Below are positions 1 through 7,621 of a DNA stretch of 64,000 nucleotides, piece after piece. Origin of the DNA: an uncultured Gammaproteobacteria bacterium. Its GTDB lineage: Bacteria > Patescibacteriota > Patescibacteriia > Patescibacteriales > Patescibacteriaceae. Both the position numbers and the translations under genes were made by a program. Location: positions 1,447 to 65,446 of the forward strand of contig CAZJEP010000005.1 of the NCBI GenBank assembly GCA_964545125.1. The letters are read 5' to 3'. Position 1 is the first letter of the stretch; the number at the start of each line of letters is the position of its first letter. The notes under the pieces were generated by a model. It worked only from the letters and a program-made list of their open reading frames with translations, made no database searches and was not told the origin of the DNA.

Positions 1-258
1 GCGTCCGGCCACAATATCCTGACAGGCCAAACAATGATCGCAAGGCTCAGCTTCTCCGACTGGTCTTTCCAAACAATTCAATGATTTAGCCAAAACTCTG
101 GCTAGAGTGGTTTTGCCCACAGCTCGCGGACCGCAAAACAAATAAGCGTGCGCCAATTGGCCACTTTTTAATTCATGTTCTAAAGTCAATTTGATGTGAT
201 TTTGTCCGACGACTTGAGCAAATTTTTGCGGACGATATTTGCGATATAAGGTAGCCAT
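1..258 (-). CDS. dnaX: DNA polymerase III subunit gamma/tau, N-terminal fragment running off the window
   Basis: Reverse-complement translation from the ATG at 258-256 reads MATLYRKYRPQKFAQVVGQNHIKLTLEHELKSGQLAHAYLFCGPRAVGKTTLARVLAKSLNC...CDHCLAC. This shows the clamp-loader Walker A and a Cys zinc module. It is absent from the ORF track because it is truncated. Confidence 0.85.
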   Translation of the reverse strand, partial: MATLYRKYRPQKFAQVVGQNHIKLTLEHELKSGQLAHAYLFCGPRAVGKTTLARVLAKSLNCLERPVGEAEPCDHCLACQDIVAGR

Positions 259-466
259 ACATAATAGTTATAAAGTCAAAAGTTAAAAGTTTATAAAGTT
301 AATAGCCAATAAAAATAATCTATATTTAAAACTTTTATCTCTTGTATTGTAAGCGACTTAAACAAAGAAAGCAAGTTAAAAATAAAAGCCCATAAAGCCA
401 ACTATTTGTAAAGATATTAAACAAAAAAACCTTACAAACTTTGTAAACTTTATGAACTTTATAAAC

Positions 467-1249
467 TCAATGTCTAACAACGTTTTCCACGGCGGCCCAA
501 CGAGATATCCCGACCTTAGGAATCAGAATAACCACCTCATCGCCGATTTCCCCCTTGTAGTAGGTAATACTGGCCGGTAAAACCCGCCAGCGACGATCTT
601 CGGCCATCACATAATATTCGCCGTTATCCCCTTCATCTAAAGTGCCTACCAGACGGCGACGCTCTATCGGATTAATTTGTTTATAGATAAAAGTTCCGGA
701 ATCGGTAATAATCAACTTTAAAGAATCCCCTTCCACCAAACGAGACTTGGAGGCATAATTAACCGGCACCACATAAGTCTTGCCGTCAGGACCCACCATT
801 TTTTCTCCGTCAAACAGACCCTCAATAACATTACCTTTTGGCTCGCTGTAATCTCGGGCAGAAGCGACCGCCGCTCCCTCCCCAGCTCCAACTTCCATCG
901 ACAAAAGTTCTTTTTTAACCTCCTCCGTTTGGCCGGCTTTAATTCTAACTTCGTCCTCGTCTACCATGGATAAAAGTTCTACCAGCTGCCCGGCGCTGTC
1001 ACGCAAACTCTGAGCAATTTTTTTTATCATTACCACTTTATTTTTAGACAGAGTTAGGCTATCACCAGAAGCCACAGAAGCCTCTTTGGTTGAAGTCTCG
1101 GAGGTGTTGGGGGTTGGTTGATCCAATTTTTCTAAATCCTCAAGCTGGCCCAAAGCAACGACGTCGGTTCTGGGATCATGGGCGACCAAAGCATCAAGGC
1201 GCGCCTGTTCTTTTAAATCTTCTCCTAAATTTTTTTTTTCGTCGGTCAT
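467..1249 (-). CDS. hypothetical protein with an acidic N-terminal half and a beta-rich C-terminal domain
   Basis: 260-aa ORF with coding-like composition. I recognise no family motif. Confidence 0.5.
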   Translation of the reverse strand: MTDEKKNLGEDLKEQARLDALVAHDPRTDVVALGQLEDLEKLDQPTPNTSETSTKEASVASGDSLTLSKNKVVMIKKIAQSLRDSAGQLVELLSMVDEDEVRIKAGQTEEVKKELLSMEVGAGEGAAVASARDYSEPKGNVIEGLFDGEKMVGPDGKTYVVPVNYASKSRLVEGDSLKLIITDSGTFIYKQINPIERRRLVGTLDEGDNGEYYVMAEDRRWRVLPASITYYKGEIGDEVVILIPKVGISRWAAVENVVRH

Positions 1250-1322
1250 AATTTTGTTTTTATTTATAAAGTTTTAATGTTTCGATTATAACACCAAACT
1301 TTTCTCTAAACAAGTTCTGTGC

Positions 1323-1328
1323 TATAAT
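1323..1328 (+). promoter_or_regulatory. candidate extended -10 box (TGcTATAAT) 9 nt upstream of the corA-like ATG, implying a near-leaderless mRNA
   Basis: tgctataat at 1320-1328 and ATG at 1338. There is no SD-like purine tract in between. Confidence 0.4.
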
Positions 1329-1337
1329 GATAATACT

Positions 1338-2297
1338 ATGTCGTATAGGAGGGTCAGTAAAAAAATAGAAGTCTTAACTATTGACAACCCCACCACTAAA
1401 AACAAAATTGAGTGGTATAATGTTGTCAATGCCGGGAAAAACGAATTGGAATACATTCGGCGTCGTTATGGTTTTAACATGGAGCATATTCAAGCGGCTA
1501 CCGCTACCAGTTTTTCCCAACGCCCCATGGTCATGGAAGGAAGCAAATATGTTTTTTTAATTTTACATTTTCCTGTCTTTAACAACAAAAAAATCAAAGC
1601 GGCTGAAGTGGATTTTTTTATTGGCCATGGCTTTATTATTACTCTTCACAACAACAATCTCCCCACTTTGACCAACTTTTTCAATTTATGTAAGAAAGAT
1701 TCCGCCTCGCTGGATGCTTATTACAAAGATTCCTCAGCTATTCTTTTGGCGGAAATTTTAGACCGCCTCATCAAGGCCTGTTATCCTATTTTAGACCGCA
1801 ATCTTTTGGAAATCGAAGAAGTGGAAAGCATTATTTTCTCCAATGAACAAAAAAGAGCCGTCGCTATTATTTTAAAATTACGGCACAACATCATCAATAT
1901 CAGAAGAATTTTTCAAAACCATAAAAATATTTTACAAAAATTAATGGGTTTGAGAAGTTCCATTGTTCCCAGCGTAGAAATAAAAAAACATTACACTGAT
2001 TTAGTAGAGCACTCTAAACGTATTTGGGAGTCTCTCGACAACCAGAAAGAAATGATTGAGGCTCTTAACAACACCAACTCTTCGCTTCTTAACGACCGTA
2101 TGACCGACATTATGAAAACCTTGACTATTATTTCGGTCATCGTCTTTCCTCTAACTCTTCTGGCCACCATCTTCAGCATGAAAACAAACAACATGCCCCT
2201 GGTTGATAACCCTTATGGTTTTTGGATAATTCTGGGCTTAATGTTTGTTTTAAGTTTAGGAATGCTGGCTTGGTTTAAGGGCAAAAAATGGTTATAA
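1338..2297 (+). CDS. CorA-family divalent cation transporter with a non-canonical pore motif
   Basis: Length, two C-terminal TM helices and the ending FKGKKWL match CorA. The position of the canonical YGMNF..MP signature reads FSMKTNNMP. Confidence 0.75.
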   Translation: MSYRRVSKKIEVLTIDNPTTKNKIEWYNVVNAGKNELEYIRRRYGFNMEHIQAATATSFSQRPMVMEGSKYVFLILHFPVFNNKKIKAAEVDFFIGHGFIITLHNNNLPTLTNFFNLCKKDSASLDAYYKDSSAILLAEILDRLIKACYPILDRNLLEIEEVESIIFSNEQKRAVAIILKLRHNIINIRRIFQNHKNILQKLMGLRSSIVPSVEIKKHYTDLVEHSKRIWESLDNQKEMIEALNNTNSSLLNDRMTDIMKTLTIISVIVFPLTLLATIFSMKTNNMPLVDNPYGFWIILGLMFVLSLGMLAWFKGKKWL

Positions 2298-2321
2298 ACC
2301 GCAATAAAAAATTATTAAAAT

Positions 2322-2353
2322 AATCCGCCTTTCGGGCGGATTTTATATTTTTT
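2322..2353. terminator. bidirectional intrinsic terminator between convergent corA-like and dus genes
   Basis: aatccgcc-tttcg-ggcggatt stem-loop followed by a T-run. Confidence 0.7.
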
Positions 2354-2364
2354 CAAAAACCCTT

Positions 2365-3330
2365 TTAAAATTTAACTGTACTTAAAATCTTTTTTAAATC
2401 ATCCAGATTATTAATTTTTACCATGGCTTGTCTGAATTTTTTAATGCCAGGAAGGCCGGCGCTGTACCAACACAAATGTTTTCTAAATTCTTGAAAATTG
2501 CCGTTATTTTTTTGCACCAACTTAGCATGCTGTAAAATAATTTTTTTAATCTTGAGATTTGATATTTTTTTATTTTTTAGTTCGGCAAAAATCCAAGGGC
2601 GACCCAAAACGCCTCGCCCGATACCCAAGCCGTCGGCCTGACTAGCTATTAATAACCTTTGACCCGAAACCGCATCAACGACTCCTCCGTTGGCAATAAT
2701 TACCCCTTTAAAATATTGTCTAGCCTGCTTAATTATTTTGCCGTCTACGGGTCCGCTAAAACCTTGCCCCAAAGTTCGACCATGAATCATCAAGGCGGCA
2801 ACCGGTAGATCGGCTATCTTTTTTAAAAAGTCTAAAATACTAATCTCTCCGACTCGCGCGCGCGTTTTAATGGACACCGGCAAATTAGTATTACGCAAAA
2901 CCGCCTCTATAATTTGGTGGGATTTGTCCAGATCCTTAAATAAAGCGCAACCTGCCCCCTGTTTTAAAACTTTGGCCACCGGACAACCGAAATTAATATC
3001 TAGCCCCTGCGGTAAGCGATAATTTTTGACGCCCAATTTTCTGACCGCTTTAAGATCAGTCAATAATTTAACGGCTTTGGCAAAATGCTCAGGATTACTA
3101 CCAAAAAGCTGAACAACATAAGGCGCTTCCGACTTAACGCTAGCGAGCATCCGCAAAGTCTTTTTGGGAGAATAAACCAAAGCCGTGACACTGGCCATTT
3201 CACTAACCACCACGTCAGCGCCAAAATTTTTACATATTTGTCTAAACGGCGAATCAGTAATACCCGCCATCGGAGCCAAAACTAAGATTGGCTGACCAGT
3301 TGCTTTTAATTTTTCCCAAAAATTATTCAT
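2365..3330 (-). CDS. dus: tRNA-dihydrouridine synthase
   Basis: LAPMAGITDSPFRQICKNFGADVVVSEM and a TIM-barrel Dus-like layout with a conserved Cys (FGCP). Confidence 0.85.
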   Translation of the reverse strand: MNNFWEKLKATGQPILVLAPMAGITDSPFRQICKNFGADVVVSEMASVTALVYSPKKTLRMLASVKSEAPYVVQLFGSNPEHFAKAVKLLTDLKAVRKLGVKNYRLPQGLDINFGCPVAKVLKQGAGCALFKDLDKSHQIIEAVLRNTNLPVSIKTRARVGEISILDFLKKIADLPVAALMIHGRTLGQGFSGPVDGKIIKQARQYFKGVIIANGGVVDAVSGQRLLIASQADGLGIGRGVLGRPWIFAELKNKKISNLKIKKIILQHAKLVQKNNGNFQEFRKHLCWYSAGLPGIKKFRQAMVKINNLDDLKKILSTVKF

Positions 3331-3336
3331 GTCGAT

Positions 3337-3363
3337 AAAAACCTAGGTTAACCTAGGTTTTTT
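3337..3363 (-). terminator. perfect palindrome hairpin downstream of cysS
   Basis: aaaaacctaggttaacctaggttttt. A T-run follows on the minus strand. Confidence 0.6.
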
Positions 3364-3376
3364 AATTTTTAAATCA

Positions 3377-4780
3377 TTACTTTTTACTAACTCTTAGACC
3401 ATCCTGGCCATCTTCAACACTGTAACCGAGCTTTTCAATTTTCTGGCGAAGGCGGTCTGACTCGTCCCAATTCTTGGCCTCACGGGCTTTCGTTCGCTCA
3501 ACTAGCAAATCCTGAATCTCTTGAGGCAAGACTTGCATAGTTAAAGATTCTTTAAAATTTAACCCCAAGATTTGATCAAAATCCAAAACCGTGGCTAATT
3601 TTTCCTCGCTATTCAAAGCCGCTTTCAAAACCTCTTGCACCACAGCCAAGGCTTGAGGCATATTCAAATCATCATTCACCGCCTCCAAAAATTTCTCTTT
3701 GAACTCTTTCTTTATGTTATCTATTCGAAATTCAAAATTCGAAATTCGAAATTCTTTCACTTGGTTATATAAGTGTTCCAAACCTCTTTGCGCATTTTCC
3801 AAAATATCCTGGCTGTATTCCATGGGCTTACGATAATGAGTCTGTAAACAGGCAAAACGGAAAACCAAAGGATTGATGTTTTTGACTATCACTTTATCCA
3901 GAGTCAAAAAATTATCAGCGCTTTTGGCCATTTTCTTTCCGCCAGCAATATTCAAAAACTCTCCGTGTATCCAATAATTAAAAAACTTCTGACCTGTCGC
4001 CCCTTCACTTTGCGCTATTTCGTTGGTGTGGTGAACATTAATGTGATCAATGCCTCCGCAATGAATATCCAACTTATCTTGCAAATATTTCAAACTCATG
4101 GCTGAACACTCTAAGTGCCAACCAGGAAAACCTACGCCCCAAGGACTCTCCCACTCCATTTGTCTAGATGCCTGTCCTGAGCTGGCCGAAGGAGAAAACT
4201 TCCACAAAGCAAAATCAGTCGGGTTCTTTTTCTCCTCGTTGACGGCCACGCGTGCCCCTTCTTTTAATTCTTCTAACTTAAGGTGACTCAACTTATTGTA
4301 ATCAGGAAACTTGGAGACATCGAAATAAACACCATCGCTGGTTTGGTAAGTAAAGCCCTTGGCCTCCAACTGTTTGATCAAAGCAATTTGCTCAGCCAGA
4401 TGGTCGGTCGCTTTACACCAAACATTTGGCTCAATAATATTCAAAGCTTTAAGGTCTTTTTTGAAAGCCTCGGTATAAAATTCAGCGATTTCCCAAGCGC
4501 TTTTGCCTTCGCGCTTAGCGCCAACTTCCAATTTATCTTCGCCTTCATCACCGTCATCAGTCAAATGACCGACATCAGTAATATTCATGATATGTTTAAC
4601 CGCGTAGCCGTTATAAAGCAAGGTTCTTTTCAAAATATCCTCAAAAACATAAGTGCGCAAATTGCCCAAATGGGCATAGTTATAAACGGTCGGCCCACAG
4701 GTATACAAACCCACTGTCTGACCGATAGGCTTGAACTCCTCCTTAGCTCTGGACAAGGTATTGTATAAAAAAATAGACAT
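3377..4780 (-). CDS. cysS: cysteine--tRNA ligase
   Basis: CGPTVYNYAHLGNLRTY (HIGH region), GFPGWHLECSAM and KMAKS (KMSKS). Confidence 0.95.
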   Translation of the reverse strand: MSIFLYNTLSRAKEEFKPIGQTVGLYTCGPTVYNYAHLGNLRTYVFEDILKRTLLYNGYAVKHIMNITDVGHLTDDGDEGEDKLEVGAKREGKSAWEIAEFYTEAFKKDLKALNIIEPNVWCKATDHLAEQIALIKQLEAKGFTYQTSDGVYFDVSKFPDYNKLSHLKLEELKEGARVAVNEEKKNPTDFALWKFSPSASSGQASRQMEWESPWGVGFPGWHLECSAMSLKYLQDKLDIHCGGIDHINVHHTNEIAQSEGATGQKFFNYWIHGEFLNIAGGKKMAKSADNFLTLDKVIVKNINPLVFRFACLQTHYRKPMEYSQDILENAQRGLEHLYNQVKEFRISNFEFRIDNIKKEFKEKFLEAVNDDLNMPQALAVVQEVLKAALNSEEKLATVLDFDQILGLNFKESLTMQVLPQEIQDLLVERTKAREAKNWDESDRLRQKIEKLGYSVEDGQDGLRVSKK

Positions 4781-4854
4781 ACTGGCTTAATTTAAAATTT
4801 TAAATTTTAAGTTTTAAATTATCTTTATCCTATCAAAATGACCCCTTTTTGGCA

Positions 4855-4878
4855 AGAAAAAAAGCCCCAAAAGGGCTT
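4855..4878 (-). terminator. intrinsic terminator abutting the tRNA-Thr 3' end
   Basis: Minus strand reads AAGCCC-TTTTG-GGGCTT followed by TTTTTTC. Confidence 0.6.
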
Positions 4879-4953
4879 GGAGCCATCCGTCGGATTCGAA
4901 CCGACGACCTACGGTTTACAAAACCGTTGCTCTACCAACTGAGCTAGGATGGC
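4878..4953 (-). tRNA. tRNA-Thr(UGU), CCA encoded
   Basis: Hand-folded cloverleaf of 76 nt. Acceptor GCCATCC/GGATGGC, anticodon loop TTTGTAA, T-loop TTCGAAT. Confidence 0.9.
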
Positions 4954-5021
4954 TAGATTAGTTTAAAGTTTAAAGTTAAAAGTTTAAAAAGCCACAAACT
5001 TCTCATCCAGTCCAAAATTAT

Positions 5022-5051
5022 ACAAAAATCAAATAAGCAGAAAGCTTATTT
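5022..5051 (-). terminator. hairpin plus T-run downstream of tRNA-Lys
   Basis: Minus strand reads AAATAAGC-TTTCT-GCTTATTT then GATTTTTGT. Confidence 0.5.
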
Positions 5052-5059
5052 TATTTTTG

Positions 5060-5132
5060 TGCGTCGTACTGGATTCGAACCAGTGACCATCAGCTTAAAA
5101 GGCTGCTGCTCTACCAACTGAGCTAACGACGC
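5060..5132 (-). tRNA. tRNA-Lys(UUU), no encoded CCA
   Basis: Hand-folded, 73 nt. Acceptor GCGTCGT/ACGACGC, anticodon loop CTTTTAA. Confidence 0.9.
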
Positions 5133-5268
5133 AAAATATTTTTTGCCCCTTCTCTTTATTTTATTTTCTACTTTAAACAACAAAAAATAGCTTCTACAAG
5201 CTAAGCTGTATGATAATATAACAAACTATTAATAAAAAATCAACAAGTAAAAATCCCCTTTTTATTAG

Positions 5269-6204
5269 CTAAATTGCTAAGGCTTCAAAGATAACTTCCA
5301 CCAACATCCAGGCCAAGAAAATAATAATAATACCAATAATCGCCCACACCAAAATATTTCTTCCCTTTTTAACCTTGGCATCATTGCCGGCCGCTGTCAT
5401 CCAAGTAAAACCTCCAAAAATAATCATAATCAAGAAGATGGAACCAATAATAGCTAAAATAGCTTTGATCACCCGGCCAATCACCTCAGATACATTAACT
5501 GTCTGCAAAGGATTGGTCATGTTGCCATAATCAAAAACTACTTGAGTGGAAACTATGGGCGGTTGATTGCCCCCGCCTGTGCTCCCTGGTTGCTGGGGTT
5601 GTTGTTGAACAACATTTTTGCCGCAACAACATTTGGCGGTGCTAGCATTGGGTTTCTCGCTGTCACGACACCACGTAGGGTCAACGGCCACCACTAAGCC
5701 AACATCAGAACAATTGGCCGCAGTCTGCCAGACACAATGATTTTGGTCGGCGGCGCAAATTTTGGCTTTAACTTTATCATCATTGGTGGTAGCAAAAGCT
5801 GTAGTGGCCGGCAAGAGCCCTTGTCTAAATTCGCATTTGATGGTTCCAGAAAGATTAGAACCTTGTTTGGCGGCACACCGACTGCTTGTAGTGAAGGTTC
5901 CAAAATATTTAGTAGTCCCTGTATTAAAACTAAACAAACCTTTATCAAACTCGCCACAAATACAACAACCAGTAGCCTCGCCTATTTGGCCACAACAACA
6001 ATCCGTATCACCCGTCTTTTTTAGTTGTGGCAAACAAAAACTTTCATCGCTTTTTTTCCAATTAACATCACCGCCACAAGCAGACTGTTCGCCATATTTA
6101 TCAGTGGTGGGCGCCGGAAACCATTGGCAATTTGCCAAAACTACAGCTGGCAGAACCAAAGTAAAAAACGACAACCAAAAAATTTTTGAAAATTTATTAA
6201 GCAT
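5269..6204 (-). CDS. secreted Cys-rich ectodomain fused to a C-terminal VirB2/TrbC-like T4SS pilin two-TM hairpin
   Basis: Signal peptide MLNKFSKIFWLSFFTLVLPAVVLA, about 200 aa with many Cys, then a Q/P/G linker. The C-terminus VIGRVIKAILAIIGSIFLIMIIFGGFTWMTAAGNDAKVKKGRNILVWAIIGIIIIFLAWMLV parallels the neighbouring short pilin. Start trimmed from the track's GTG at 6225 to the ATG at 6204. Confidence 0.6.
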   Translation of the reverse strand: MLNKFSKIFWLSFFTLVLPAVVLANCQWFPAPTTDKYGEQSACGGDVNWKKSDESFCLPQLKKTGDTDCCCGQIGEATGCCICGEFDKGLFSFNTGTTKYFGTFTTSSRCAAKQGSNLSGTIKCEFRQGLLPATTAFATTNDDKVKAKICAADQNHCVWQTAANCSDVGLVVAVDPTWCRDSEKPNASTAKCCCGKNVVQQQPQQPGSTGGGNQPPIVSTQVVFDYGNMTNPLQTVNVSEVIGRVIKAILAIIGSIFLIMIIFGGFTWMTAAGNDAKVKKGRNILVWAIIGIIIIFLAWMLVEVIFEALAI

Positions 6205-6217
6205 ATTTTTATGGGGT

Positions 6218-6613
6218 TTATACACCCAAAGCTTGGAACATAAAAGCTACCAGCATCCAAGATAAGAAAATAATAATCAAAGCAACCGTGGCCCACAGCA
6301 AAACGTTTTTGCCCTGCGCCACTCTACTTTCGTTGCCGGCGGCCGTCATCCAGACAAAGCCACCATAGACAAAAATTAACAGCGCGATGGCTCCGATGAT
6401 AACCAACAAAGCATTAATAACCTTGCCGATAACTTTTGGCAAATCGATAATCGTCCAGCCTTGCGGACCAAGAGGATTGGGCAGGGTCTGGGGGCCAGAC
6501 GCAACCACCGTAGAAACTTGAGGCGGACTATTGGTCGCGCTAACAGTTTTAACTAAAAAAATAGCGCCAAAAAATAAGGCTAAAACAACAAAAATCAACC
6601 ATGATTTTTTCAT
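6218..6613 (-). CDS. VirB2/TrbC-like type IV secretion pilin (short canonical form)
   Basis: 131 aa with a signal peptide, a short mature N-terminus, then VIGKVINALLVIIGAIALLIFVYGGFVWMTAAGNESRVAQGKNVLLWATVALIIIFLSWMLV. This is two TM helices around a short charged loop, the pilin architecture annotated in CPR genomes (from memory). Confidence 0.65.
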   Translation of the reverse strand: MKKSWLIFVVLALFFGAIFLVKTVSATNSPPQVSTVVASGPQTLPNPLGPQGWTIIDLPKVIGKVINALLVIIGAIALLIFVYGGFVWMTAAGNESRVAQGKNVLLWATVALIIIFLSWMLVAFMFQALGV

Positions 6614-6687
6614 AAAATTGCTTTTCTTTTATTGTATCAAAAAAGGGATATTCAATCAATTGATTAAATATCCCCATAAGTTTAGTC

Positions 6688-7437
6688 TTAGCTTTTTGTT
6701 GCTACTTTGTCGATTTTCTTCGGACCAAGCAACTTATCTAAGAATTTGTTCCACTTGTCTAAAAATTTGTCCCAAGCGCTGATGTCGTTCGGCTGGTTTT
6801 TATTGTTGGTTTTTGCAGGATCCTTTTTAGTGAAAAAAATTTCAACTATTCCCCAAAGAACAAGAACAAAACCTAGCAACCCCAAAATCATCAAGATAAC
6901 GCGGAAAACTATCAGAAAAAAATTGCCAATAATTTGACCGAAGCCAGCGATTGGTTTGACCAAGGCTTTAATCGGGTCTATGCCGTTACTGGTTTTCTGC
7001 AAAAGAAAAATTTTGGTTTTTCCGGAAAGCCCTCTGGTAGTAAAAGTAAAAGGTGCTTTCACTTCTCCGACATCGACTATTTCGTTGTTCTCGACAATGA
7101 TTTCCTGTGGCACTGAAAAATTATTCATATACCCAAAACTGTTGGAACCGACGATTTTAATTTTGGCGTCGCTAGGAATAGTTTGGGTGTAGGTTTGGTT
7201 GGGATCAAGAAGGGCGGCTTCCATTATGGTGTAACCTTCTGTTTTCAAATTGCTGATGACATCTTCAACGGTCAAACTTTTCCGAATAGGTTTGGTGTTT
7301 GCTTGATTTTTTTGGGGCATCAACGCCAAAGCCATAATAATAAGTCCGGCGCCAATAATGATTAAAGTTAAAGAATGGGCATCAACCTTAAAATCAAATT
7401 TGGCTAATCTTGTTCTAATAGCTGTGATTATTTTCAC
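6688..7437 (-). CDS. hypothetical bitopic or double-anchored membrane protein
   Basis: N-terminal and C-terminal hydrophobic segments. No family motif recognised. Confidence 0.5.
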   Translation of the reverse strand: MKIITAIRTRLAKFDFKVDAHSLTLIIIGAGLIIMALALMPQKNQANTKPIRKSLTVEDVISNLKTEGYTIMEAALLDPNQTYTQTIPSDAKIKIVGSNSFGYMNNFSVPQEIIVENNEIVDVGEVKAPFTFTTRGLSGKTKIFLLQKTSNGIDPIKALVKPIAGFGQIIGNFFLIVFRVILMILGLLGFVLVLWGIVEIFFTKKDPAKTNNKNQPNDISAWDKFLDKWNKFLDKLLGPKKIDKVATKS

Positions 7438-7555
7438 TGTAGACTCCTGTAATTTATAATTAATATGTAATTTTCAAGGTTCGATTATTTTTATATTATA
7501 TCATATATAAAGAAATTTGTCAATACTTAACCGGGCTAATTCTAAACAATAACTA

Positions 7556-7585
7556 CAAAAAATGGCTTATTCTAGCCATTTTTAT
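7556..7585 (-). terminator. hairpin downstream of recG
   Basis: aaaaatggct-tattct-agccattttt. Confidence 0.55.
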
Positions 7586-7621
7586 TAAGGACGCAAAAAA
7601 TTAATATCTCGTAAATCGTTC

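Noticed and set aside
4283-4768. 161-aa ORF antisense to cysS, and similar antisense or alternate-frame ORFs at 5762-6265, 30979-31569, 31244-31660, 24666-25052 and 36480-36821
   Set aside because: All are fully embedded in longer ORFs that carry strong family motifs or coherent architecture. The embedded peptides are low-complexity mirror translations.
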